DNA of 14,898 nucleotides from a virus. Its lineage: Duplodnaviria; Heunggongvirae; Uroviricota; Caudoviricetes. Within the stretch, counting starts at the first letter, position 1. Each line of letters starts with the position of its first letter. The notes beneath the pieces were generated by a model. It had not been told where the DNA came from and searched no databases. It saw only the letters and a list, made by a program, of their open reading frames with translations. The position numbers were made by a program, and so were the translations under genes. Location: the IMG/VR virus record IMGVR_UViG_2663762992_000011. The stretch is one strand, 5' to 3'. Below, piece by piece: positions 1 to 7,352 of this stretch.

Positions 1-480
1 GAAAACGTGCTGCTGCACAAGCTGCCGGTGAAACGCCTGCAACTGGCTGATGGCAGCACCGCCCTGGTGACCACAGCGGCTAATTCAGATATTCGCGTAT
101 CTGATGTTACGCCCCTTACAAAATCCCTTCAAGCACCAAAGCGCACACCGAAAAAGCATCGTGCCAGAGTCTATATGCTGCGTACTGGTATAGAGGGATG
201 GACAGAAAATGACATTCTTCGCTACTGCCGTCTGTCTTCTGGTCGTAACTATGCAACAGAGTTAGAACGCCAGCTTGGAATCACTCTGGAGCGTATCGAC
301 GAAAAGAATCCTGATGGTATCGGAACACACCTTCGCTACCGTTTCTCCTGCCGTGGTGATGTTCTGAAAGTGATCACTCATATTAACCATCTTGCGAACA
401 TAAATGATCACAACGGACTTTCTCAGCCGGAAATTGCCGACATTCTGAAACTCTACCCGGACGCGTTTAACGCCGCTTAA
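1..480 (+). CDS. Hypothetical protein, probably 5'-partial (reading frame is open to position 1; first in-window start is GTG at 7)
   Basis: Open frame runs from the window edge to the stop at 478-480. The next gene starts 13 bp downstream with its own RBS (GGAGA). I do not recognise a family. Confidence 0.5.
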   Translation, partial: ENVLLHKLPVKRLQLADGSTALVTTAANSDIRVSDVTPLTKSLQAPKRTPKKHRARVYMLRTGIEGWTENDILRYCRLSSGRNYATELERQLGITLERIDEKNPDGIGTHLRYRFSCRGDVLKVITHINHLANINDHNGLSQPEIADILKLYPDAFNAA

Positions 481-492
481 CGGAGACTGAAA

Positions 493-1326
493 ATGAACAT
501 CGAAAAAAGCAGATTAATTTCTGAGGCCGCCCCTCATCTGAACGCCTCTCTGAGCACAATTAACGGTAATGAATTTGCCGCAATTGTCCCGGTTATTCCT
601 GGTCATATCGGTGGGCGTGAAACCAATATTGTTAGCGCAAAAGCGTTACACAAAGCGTTGGGCGTGGGAAAAGACTTCTCTACATGGATCACTGATCGCA
701 TCTCTGAATATGACTTCACCATTGGGCACGATTACTCAGTCCATAAAACAATTTCCCCAAATTTGGGGAAAAGCCCGAATGGCGCGGCTTACAGCAAGAT
801 TAAGCAGTCTGGCAGACCCGGCAAAGACTATCTGTTAAGTGTCGGAATGGCGAAAGAACTGGCAATGATCGAACGCAATGATCAGGGTCGCGCTATCCGC
901 CGTTATTTCATCCAGTGCGAGGAAGAATTACAGCGTAGCGTGCCTGAAATCGCCGCCCGCTATCGTCGCCAGCTAAAAGCCCGTATCAGTGCCGCAAACA
1001 ACTTTAAGCCAATGTGCGATGCGCTGAATATGGCCCGTGCCGAGATGGGGAAAACGACGCAGCAACACCACTACACAAACGAGAGCAATATGATTTCTCG
1101 TATCGTTCTTGGTGGGCTAACTGCTAAGCAGTGGGCGCGGATAAATGGCTATTCTGGCGAACCTCGCGACCATATGAACGCAGAACAGCTTGAGCACCTC
1201 TCATATCTCGAAAGCACCAATATCACGTTAATTGATATGGGCATGGAATATGAGCAGCGCAAAGGAGAACTCACCCGCCTGTCGCAACGCTGGCTCGCCA
1301 AGCGTCTGGAGGCGCTCAATGTCTAA
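493..1326 (+). CDS. Phage antirepressor-like protein (AntA-type N-terminal domain)
   Basis: 277-aa ORF. The N-terminal segment VSAKALHKALGVGKDFSTWITDRISEYDFTIGHDYSV resembles the AntA/AntB antirepressor domain pattern, from memory of the family and not from a search. RBS-like GGAGA lies upstream of the ATG at 493. Confidence 0.55.
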   Translation: MNIEKSRLISEAAPHLNASLSTINGNEFAAIVPVIPGHIGGRETNIVSAKALHKALGVGKDFSTWITDRISEYDFTIGHDYSVHKTISPNLGKSPNGAAYSKIKQSGRPGKDYLLSVGMAKELAMIERNDQGRAIRRYFIQCEEELQRSVPEIAARYRRQLKARISAANNFKPMCDALNMARAEMGKTTQQHHYTNESNMISRIVLGGLTAKQWARINGYSGEPRDHMNAEQLEHLSYLESTNITLIDMGMEYEQRKGELTRLSQRWLAKRLEALNV

Positions 1327-1498
1327 GCCAACAGGAACACCACAACCACAAAAACGCTACAAAGATGCCCACGGAGCACTCGTTACTGTCGAAAGCGTGT
1401 CTCACAACCGAGTGACGTTTTATCGCGACGGGTATCAATCGCCATGCGTACAACCGCTGGCACGTTTCATGAAGGAGTTCGCGGAGGTTAACCAATGA
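1319..1498 (+). CDS. Small hypothetical protein (59 aa), possibly a conserved small prophage protein (DUF4222-like; tentative)
   Basis: ATG at 1319 overlaps the stop of the upstream gene (ATGTCTAA), suggesting translational coupling. Protein is MSKPTGTPQPQKRYKDAHGALVTVESVSHNRVTFYRDGYQSPCVQPLARFMKEFAEVNQ. Below the 60-aa cut-off as a separate ORF; appears in the track only as part of the longer frame 1232..1498. Confidence 0.4.
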   Translation: MSKPTGTPQPQKRYKDAHGALVTVESVSHNRVTFYRDGYQSPCVQPLARFMKEFAEVNQ

Positions 1499-1916
1499 TA
1501 CCCGTCCAGAAGAAGACATTTTCACTGGCTGGTATGTCGCCAAAATCCAGCAATATGACGGCAAAGTCAGGCATTAATACAGCAGATGCAAGCAAAGTTT
1601 ATCATTTGCTGGTGGTCGGAACGGATGCCTTAACCATACCAGAAATCACGGGCGATGATGTTAGCGTTGAGAAGGTCAGCGGCTGCGCCAGAGAATTTCT
1701 GGTCGTAGATGACCTGTTCTGCTCGTGTAGTGACTCCACAAAAACATTCGTCCACGCGCGTGACGTTAACGAAATGAGCGCGATGTACTGTGCTTCTGGT
1801 TCTTCCAATAGTGAGTTTTCGGAGTCCATAAAAAAGAGCTTGCCGTTATGCGGCAACACGGTTTATGGTTATAAGGCACCTCATAAAACGGGTGCCGGGA
1901 TTGGCGTCCTGGTAAA

Positions 1917-1924
1917 TCGAATGG
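1917..1924 (+). promoter_or_regulatory. seqA-like site (TCGAATGG), complementary to the seqB-like element at 2060-2067
   Basis: Exact 8-nt match to the reverse complement of CCATTCGA at 2060-2067. A second copy overlaps the downstream RBS at 2140-2147. Arrangement resembles P4 seqA-seqB-seqC. Confidence 0.35.
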
Positions 1925-1932
1925 CGACATAT

Positions 1933-1954
1933 GACGCGCCGAGCGTCTTTTTTT
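1933..1954 (+). terminator. Rho-independent terminator-like hairpin (GACGC-GCCGA-GCGTC followed by TTTTTTT)
   Basis: Perfect 5-bp GC-rich stem, 5-nt loop, 7-T run, read directly from the sequence. Sits immediately after the seqA-like site. Confidence 0.5.
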
Positions 1955-2024
1955 ATGTCGTAGGTCTGACTCACCCATTTTTTGGGCGTTGGTGTATAAT
2001 CCAGCGCCTTTGTCAATCAATGGT

Positions 2025-2130
2025 GGCTCAGGCAGGGGCTTCTTCGGAAGCGCCGGTATCCATTCGAGCCGGTTACGCCAACCCTGTCTGGGCTACCACC
2101 AGCGAAATTGGCGTTTCCGGTGGTAGCGTT
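2025..2130 (+). ncRNA. Candidate C4/CI-like antisense immunity RNA (boundaries approximate)
   Basis: GC-rich untranslated segment with a GCUUC-UUCG-GAAGC tetraloop hairpin (2038-2051), a 9-bp stem GCTACCACC/GGTGGTAGC (2092-2100 / 2119-2127), and the seqB-like CCATTCGA (2060-2067) complementary to flanking TCGAATGG copies. A TATAAT hexamer lies at 1995-2000. Frame 1 over this stretch translates to a Trp/Cys-rich implausible peptide. Confidence 0.35.
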
Positions 2131-2139
2131 ACATGCTAT

Positions 2140-2148
2140 CGAATGGAG
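2140..2148 (+). promoter_or_regulatory. seqC-like site (TCGAATGGA) overlapping the RBS of the Icd-like gene
   Basis: 9-nt complementarity to 2059-2067. GGAGG (2145-2149) is the RBS for the ATG at 2157, so pairing would occlude translation initiation, as described for P1 c4 and P4 cI targets. Confidence 0.35.
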
Positions 2149-2156
2149 GCTGCCAC

Positions 2157-2351
2157 ATGCTGGCTACTACCCCTACCCAAAAACCGCAATTTATCTGGAT
2201 TATCGCCGCAGTTCGCCGCGATTGCCCGACAATTACCGCCAAAATTCATCATATTGCTGCCGAGTCTGAACGCGATGCTCGCCGTTCTCTGGTGCGCGAT
2301 CACATCTGCTTTTTTGCTGGTCGTATCCGCATGGAGGTGGCACATGATTAA
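2157..2351 (+). CDS. Small protein, Icd-like (host cell division inhibitor-like; tentative)
   Basis: ATG at 2157 with GGAGG RBS 7 nt upstream. 64-aa product MLATTPTQKPQFIWIIAAVRRDCPTITAKIHHIAAESERDARRSLVRDHICFFAGRIRMEVAHD. Its position right after the C4/CI-like RNA matches the P1 c4-icd layout. The ESERDARR...FAGR pattern matches my recollection of Icd-like proteins; not verified. Confidence 0.5.
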   Translation: MLATTPTQKPQFIWIIAAVRRDCPTITAKIHHIAAESERDARRSLVRDHICFFAGRIRMEVAHD

Positions 2352-2562
2352 AACCTACGATGTGCATATGGATCCCCTCGAACGCACAAGCCAGATCATC
2401 ACACTGACAGAAGTGATTAACGACATTCTGGTGAGCAACTCTCCCTCACGAGACGAAAGACTAAAGGCGTTACTCGCGATATTGGATCTCGCCGTTCGTG
2501 ACGTTCATTTCCTGCTGGAAGGTGGACAAATGCCATGCAAAACGGGGGCAACCAATGAATAA
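2344..2562 (+). CDS. Small hypothetical protein (72 aa)
   Basis: ATG at 2344 overlaps the stop of the previous gene (ATGATTAA). Plausible protein-like sequence MIKTYDVHMDPLERTSQIITLTEVINDILVSNSPSRDERLKALLAILDLAVRDVHFLLEGGQ... Confidence 0.5.
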   Translation: MIKTYDVHMDPLERTSQIITLTEVINDILVSNSPSRDERLKALLAILDLAVRDVHFLLEGGQMPCKTGATNE

Positions 2563-2749
2563 CTCAATTAATACCCCTCGCCTTACGTCCGCACTTCAAT
2601 TAATCGAGCAAGCAGCGGCTGTCCTGGTTGCTGTCAGTCTTTCGGCTGAAGAAATGGACGCTGCTGATGTCGTGGATGCGATTAAAGCGTGCTCATCTTT
2701 GGTTAACGATGCCCGTGCCGAGCTGGTAATTCTTGGGGGTGAAAAATGA
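2555..2749 (+). CDS. Small hypothetical protein (64 aa)
   Basis: ATG at 2555 overlaps the previous stop (ATGAATAA). The ORF track shows the same frame from 2498; the shorter coupled start is preferred. Confidence 0.45.
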   Translation: MNNSINTPRLTSALQLIEQAAAVLVAVSLSAEEMDAADVVDAIKACSSLVNDARAELVILGGEK

Positions 2750-3009
2750 ATATCAACTTAATTTATCGTCATCCGTGTGAGCTGGAAATTGAATCATTGC
2801 TGGGGCGCGAAGAGCCATATCCAGACACATTCACTCCCGCAGATTGCGCGACTGAACGGCTTACCAGAGCGCGCACAGGTCTGGTTCATGTGATGAATGA
2901 GATTGTTCCCTCGGTGGGAGGGGAACAGGCGACAGTAATCAATAGCTGGCTACAAAAAGTTACCTCCCTGATAGATATCGGTTTAATCGATGTGGAGAGT
3001 GCGAAATGA
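2746..3009 (+). CDS. Small hypothetical protein (87 aa)
   Basis: ATGA overlap with the upstream stop. ORF from the six-frame track. Confidence 0.5.
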   Translation: MNINLIYRHPCELEIESLLGREEPYPDTFTPADCATERLTRARTGLVHVMNEIVPSVGGEQATVINSWLQKVTSLIDIGLIDVESAK

Positions 3010-3227
3010 CCAACATCCAGCTCATTGAAGCGCAATGTCGCATCGAACAGGTTCAGACTGTTTTAGGGTTCTGGCTTGAAGGGGCCAGCCCCAGCAACAG
3101 AGACAAGTTAATGATTGGCGCGGTTATGTCACTGCTCAATGGCGTACCAGAAGCTATTCAGGAAGCGGACGAATTGTTGGGCAAATATGAGTTACAGAAT
3201 CATTCAGGCGAGGCAAAACATGAATAA
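3006..3227 (+). CDS. Small hypothetical protein (73 aa)
   Basis: ATGA overlap with the upstream stop. ORF from the six-frame track. Confidence 0.5.
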   Translation: MTNIQLIEAQCRIEQVQTVLGFWLEGASPSNRDKLMIGAVMSLLNGVPEAIQEADELLGKYELQNHSGEAKHE

Positions 3228-3822
3228 TTTCTTAACTTTCCATGCAGAAGCAACGCCTGACGGCGTAAACATCATGTACCGCAGCAACGATGGCATGACA
3301 GAACGCGTTGAGACCGTCTCATATATTGATGCCGCAAATCGTCTGGATGCCGGGGATTATGACGATAAACCAGATGAAGGCATGTTTATACATCTCGCTA
3401 TTGCCAGTGGCGGCAACCAGGGATATTTCGATTACACATCACAGCATCACGTGATTATGTGGCGCTGGCTGATAGCAACAGCATTCATCAATGAAATGAG
3501 AAAGGAAAACGGCACCGTCAGCATTATTGATGACAGTGGCAATCATTCCGTGGTTTCTGTTTATTCCAATGGCATCGTCGCCATGCCGCTGTATCCAGTA
3601 GCAGAGCGCCTCGCTATGGCAAACAACATTGAGGGCGCAATGATCGAGAAATATGGTGTTGATGTCGGAACAAATAATGCCATCATTTTTTACAGCAACA
3701 TGTTCGATGTCGAACAGGGAACACTCACTTCGTTTGGGCGAGAAGTGCTTGCCGATCTTCACAACAGCTTTATTGCCGAACTAAACGAAAACGGCATCCC
3801 AGAAGCACCAGTGACGCACTAA
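3220..3822 (+). CDS. Hypothetical protein (200 aa) immediately upstream of the primase
   Basis: ATG at 3220 overlaps the stop of the previous ORF (ATGAATAA), same frame as track ORF 3115..3822. Position is analogous to the small gene preceding alpha in P4-type left operons; no domain recognised. Confidence 0.55.
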   Translation: MNNFLTFHAEATPDGVNIMYRSNDGMTERVETVSYIDAANRLDAGDYDDKPDEGMFIHLAIASGGNQGYFDYTSQHHVIMWRWLIATAFINEMRKENGTVSIIDDSGNHSVVSVYSNGIVAMPLYPVAERLAMANNIEGAMIEKYGVDVGTNNAIIFYSNMFDVEQGTLTSFGREVLADLHNSFIAELNENGIPEAPVTH

Positions 3823-3834
3823 ACGGGGGCCAGA

Positions 3835-6591
3835 ATGCGAAACATTGATCTTATCCGTCAGGTTATCAGTGCGTCTGAAAACAACTGGCCTCATGTGCTG
3901 GGCTGCCTGAACATAAATGTCCCTGACTCTCCGCGCCGTCATGCTCCCTGCCCTGCATGTGGGGGCAAAGATCGATTCCGGTTCGATGACAACGGGCGCG
4001 GTAGCTTCATCTGTAATCAGTGCGGCGCTGGTGATGGGCTGGATTTAATTAAACGCGTAAATAACTGCGACACAACAGAGGCGGCGCTGCTTGCCGCTGA
4101 TGTTCTGGGTATTGATTACCGGACAACGGAAACACCAGAAGCCACCAGCCAGAAACGGGAACAACTGGAAACCGAGCGCCAGCGACGCGAACAGGAGCGC
4201 CTGAAAAGGGCGGAGAAGGACGAACAACAAAGACGGGATACGTTTTCCCGTCAGTTTGATGACATGCGCAGAAAGGCTGTAAACGGCAAATCTGATTATC
4301 TGGTTGCGAAAGGGGTAGGTGATTTTACATTCCCCGTGTTGCCCGATGGATCTCTGTTGCTGGCGCTGGTGGATAAATCCGGCGCAGTCACAGCAGCACA
4401 GACTATTACCTCACATGGTGAAAAAAGACTCCTGACAGGTTCAGCAAAGCGGGGGGCATATCACGCCATAAACGCACCAGAAACAACACAGAGCATCTTA
4501 ATCGCAGAAGGGCTGGCAACGGCATTATCTGCCCATTTAATTCGTCCAGAGGCGCTGACAGTGGCGGCGATTGATGCCGGGAACCTGTTATATGTCGCCC
4601 AGGTACTGCGGGATAAATTTCCTTCAGCACAAATCATCATTGCTGCGGATAACGACCACAGCGAAGGAAGACAAAACACGGGGAGAATAGCAGCAGAAAA
4701 AGCAGCTTTATCTGTTTCTGGATGGGTGGCATTACCCCCGACAGGTCACAAAGCAGACTGGAATGATTACCACCAAAAACACGGCATTAAATGCGCCACA
4801 GAAGCGTTCAATAAGTCAATGTACCAACCACAGGGTAATGGCGTGAAACAGGAGCCACAGACCATTGAGGGAAGCGATTTTAAGGTTATGGATACCGACC
4901 CACTGAAACCAAGAATAGAAAGCCGCGAGGATGGTATTTATTGGGTATCTCCGAGAGCTGACAGCCAGAGTGGAGAAATCATCAATAACGAAAGCTGGTT
5001 ATGTTCTCCGTTAAGCGTTATCGGTACTGGCAGAGACGATAAAGACCAGTATCTCATTCTTCGCTGGCTGTCGTTTGGTTCTGAAACGCCGACAACCGCT
5101 GCCATTCCACTGGCTGATATTGGTGAACGTGAAGGATGGCGCACACTTAAAGCTGGTGGGGTAAATGTCACGACCAAAAGCAGCCTCAGAGCAATACTGG
5201 CAGACTGGCTACAACGCAGTGGCTCTCGTGAATTGTGGCGTGTTGCTCATGCCACTGGCTGGCAATGCGGAGCGTACATCATGCCTGATGGGGAAATCAT
5301 CGGAACACCTGAAAATCCTGTGCTGTTCAGCGGGAGAAGCTCAGCCGCAGCCGGATATACCGTCTCAGGGAGCGCGAAAAGCTGGCGTGATAACGTGGCG
5401 CGTCTGGCCTTTGGTAACTATTCAATGATGACCGGGATCGGCGCAGCACTGGCAGCGCCATTGATTGGGCTGGTGGGCGCTGACGGGTTCGGCATTCATT
5501 TCTATGAGCAGTCGAGCGCGGGTAAGACCACCACGGCAAACGTGGCGAGCAGCTTATACGGCAACCCTGATTTACTGCGGCTGACGTGGTACGGAACCGC
5601 GCTGGGGCTGGCAAATGAGGCCGCCGCCCACAATGACGGATTAATGCCGCTTGATGAAGTTGGTCAGGGCGCTGATCCTGTCAGCGTTTCACAGTCTGCC
5701 TATGCGTTATTTAACGGTGTAGGGAAACTGCAAGGCGCTAAAGATGGTGGAAACCGGGATCTAAAACGCTGGCGTACAGTGGCAATCAGCACCGGAGAAA
5801 TGGATTTAGAAACATTTATCGCTACTTCCGGGCGAAAAACCAAAGCCGGGCAACTGGTGCGACTGCTGAATATTCCGTTGAGTAAAGCAGTACGCTTTCA
5901 CGATTACCAGAACGGAAAACAGCACGCAGACGCACTGAAAGACGCTTACCAGCATCACCATGGCGCAGCCGGGCGTGAGTGGATTAAATGGCTGGCAGAC
6001 CACCAGCAACAGGCTATTAAAACTGTTCGTGATTGCGAAAGCAGATGGAGAAGCCTGATCCCATCCGATTATGGTGAGCAGGTTCACCGTGTAGCCGCGC
6101 GATTTGCCATTCTGGAGGCCGCATTGTTGTTAGGCGAGGTTGTAACAGGCTGGGATGCTCAGACATGCCGTGATGCGATACAGCACAGCTATAACGCATG
6201 GTTGCGCGAGTTCGGCACAGGTAACAAAGAGCATCAGCAGATTATTGAACAAACGGAGGCATTTCTTAATGCCTATGGGCTTAGCCGTTTTGCACCATTT
6301 CCATACACCCCGGCAGATTTGCCCATCAAAGATTTAGCCGGATACCGTCAGCGTGGAGAACATGACGAAAGTCCAATGATTTTCTACACATTCCCGGCCA
6401 CATTTGAAAAGGAGATCGCATGTGGTTTCAACGCAAAACAGTTTGCTGAAGTGTTGAAAAAAGCCGGGATGCTAACCCCACCAAACAGCGGTCGTGGATA
6501 CCAAAGAAAATCACCACGTATTCAGGGACGACAAATAAACGTTTATGTACTCAATTACCAGCCAGGAGATTACAACTCATCTGAAGAATGA
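3835..6591 (+). CDS. P4 alpha-like DNA primase-helicase (zinc-ribbon + Toprim + P-loop NTPase, 918 aa)
   Basis: N-terminal CxxC...CxxC zinc ribbon (CPACGG...CNQCG). Toprim-like motifs (ILIAEG ... IIIAADNDHSEGRQNTG with a DxD). Walker A-like SSAGKTT and Walker B-like LMPLDEVGQG in the C-terminal half. RBS-like GGGGG before the ATG at 3835. Iterons lie immediately downstream. Confidence 0.9.
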   Translation: MRNIDLIRQVISASENNWPHVLGCLNINVPDSPRRHAPCPACGGKDRFRFDDNGRGSFICNQCGAGDGLDLIKRVNNCDTTEAALLAADVLGIDYRTTETPEATSQKREQLETERQRREQERLKRAEKDEQQRRDTFSRQFDDMRRKAVNGKSDYLVAKGVGDFTFPVLPDGSLLLALVDKSGAVTAAQTITSHGEKRLLTGSAKRGAYHAINAPETTQSILIAEGLATALSAHLIRPEALTVAAIDAGNLLYVAQVLRDKFPSAQIIIAADNDHSEGRQNTGRIAAEKAALSVSGWVALPPTGHKADWNDYHQKHGIKCATEAFNKSMYQPQGNGVKQEPQTIEGSDFKVMDTDPLKPRIESREDGIYWVSPRADSQSGEIINNESWLCSPLSVIGTGRDDKDQYLILRWLSFGSETPTTAAIPLADIGEREGWRTLKAGGVNVTTKSSLRAILADWLQRSGSRELWRVAHATGWQCGAYIMPDGEIIGTPENPVLFSGRSSAAAGYTVSGSAKSWRDNVARLAFGNYSMMTGIGAALAAPLIGLVGADGFGIHFYEQSSAGKTTTANVASSLYGNPDLLRLTWYGTALGLANEAAAHNDGLMPLDEVGQGADPVSVSQSAYALFNGVGKLQGAKDGGNRDLKRWRTVAISTGEMDLETFIATSGRKTKAGQLVRLLNIPLSKAVRFHDYQNGKQHADALKDAYQHHHGAAGREWIKWLADHQQQAIKTVRDCESRWRSLIPSDYGEQVHRVAARFAILEAALLLGEVVTGWDAQTCRDAIQHSYNAWLREFGTGNKEHQQIIEQTEAFLNAYGLSRFAPFPYTPADLPIKDLAGYRQRGEHDESPMIFYTFPATFEKEIACGFNAKQFAEVLKKAGMLTPPNSGRGYQRKSPRIQGRQINVYVLNYQPGDYNSSEE

Positions 6592-6616
6592 GCTTATTCA
6601 TGTGCGTAGAAAAGGT

Positions 6617-6727
6617 GTTGGTTCAGTTGGTTCAGTTGGTTCAATTTGTAAAGAGTATTGTTTTATAAGGATTTTATTCTTTTTATTGAACCAACACTGA
6701 ACCAACAACACGGTATTTTGAACCAAC
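6617..6727. repeat. Iteron cluster 1 (candidate replication origin / crr-like site)
   Basis: Three tandem GTTGGTTCA (6617-6625, 6626-6634, 6635-6643), an AT-rich spacer (6644-6687), then three inverted copies TGAACCAAC (6688-6696, 6698-6706, 6719-6727). Located 26 bp after the primase stop. Confidence 0.75.
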
Positions 6728-7046
6728 ACAATGTGACTGAATTGATGCGCACAACACCTGGCTGGCATCAGAGAGTGTTTTACGAGACTTTCGTAAAATC
6801 CTGTGTACAAGGGCGTGACGTTTTGAAAGTGAGCAATACGAAATTTTCGTAGTTCAGAAAACAGCCCCTGAGAAGTTGTTATGCCTGTTCAGCAAACCAT
6901 CCGCATAGCTGATCGCGAATCAAATTACCAATGGAGTCAGAAGCAAGGGCAGAACTGAAAAGCGCCTGCCGTGAAGAGTAATGCGACACCATAAATATAG
7001 TTTTTAGAGTCCATAAAAAACCTGTCAAAACCTGACATACAGAACG

Positions 7047-7079
7047 ATGCCACCAGCTACTGAACGGTGGCATTTTTTT
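7047..7079 (+). terminator. Rho-independent terminator (ATGCCACC ... GGTGGCAT followed by a T-run)
   Basis: 8-bp perfect stem, 11-nt loop, six T residues (7074-7079). Confidence 0.6.
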
Positions 7080-7143
7080 GTGCTATTTGTTTCATGTTTT
7101 GCAATCATAATGATGAATGTTGCGTTTTATGAAACTATAATGA

Positions 7144-7159
7144 CTGTTGTTTTATACAG
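7144..7159. promoter_or_regulatory. LexA-box-like site CTGT-N8-ACAG (CTGTTGTTTTATACAG)
   Basis: Perfect CTGT/ACAG half-sites with an 8-nt T/A-rich spacer, 16 bp upstream of the ATG at 7175 and just downstream of a TATAAT hexamer (7136-7141). Resembles known SOS boxes such as uvrB-type; heterology index not computed. Confidence 0.35.
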
Positions 7160-7174
7160 TTCTAAGGGGGCATT

Positions 7175-7348
7175 ATGGCTATTTCAGTAAAGCCAGTATT
7201 GATAAGTGAGAAGCAAATGGAAGCGATAAAGAAAATTCAGGAGGAGCAGCGTAAAAAATCAGAGGTAGGAGTTGCGCCAACGATCCACGAAATTGCTCGG
7301 GGATTAATGGATAAGGCGCTGGCTTACACTTTAACTGGACGTGGGTAA
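7175..7348 (+). CDS. Small protein (57 aa), possibly a ribbon-helix-helix-type regulator; absent from the ORF track (below size cut-off)
   Basis: Strong RBS AAGGGGG 4 nt before the ATG at 7175, stop TAA at 7346-7348. Product MAISVKPVLISEKQMEAIKKIQEEQRKKSEVGVAPTIHEIARGLMDKALAYTLTGRG has a strand-helix-helix-like pattern. It directly precedes the large two-gene cargo operon. Confidence 0.45.
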   Translation: MAISVKPVLISEKQMEAIKKIQEEQRKKSEVGVAPTIHEIARGLMDKALAYTLTGRG

Positions 7349-7352
7349 ATTT

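Noticed and set aside
1495-2562. 355-aa ORF in frame 1 from the six-frame track
   Set aside because: It reads through a terminator-like hairpin and a highly structured GC-rich segment (Trp/Cys-rich translation) and encompasses two better-supported small genes (2157..2351 in another frame with a GGAGG RBS; 2344..2562). Probably a chance open frame, though a real N-terminal part cannot be excluded.
569-6337. Numerous short ORFs nested in or antisense to the antirepressor-like and primase genes (e.g. 569..838, 4045..4230, 4938..5177, 5327..5614, 6017..6199)
   Set aside because: All are embedded within longer, motif-supported coding frames. Typical shadow ORFs.
6617-6727. Possible CRISPR array
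   Set aside because: Repeats are only 9 bp, partly tandem without spacers, occur in both orientations, and there are no cas genes. The pattern fits iterons, not CRISPR.
6598-6852. ORFs 6598..6810 (-) and 6658..6852 (+) over the iteron cluster
   Set aside because: The minus-strand translation contains EPTEPTEPT, which is just the 9-bp iteron read as codons. The region is an AT-rich repeat array typical of an origin, not coding sequence.
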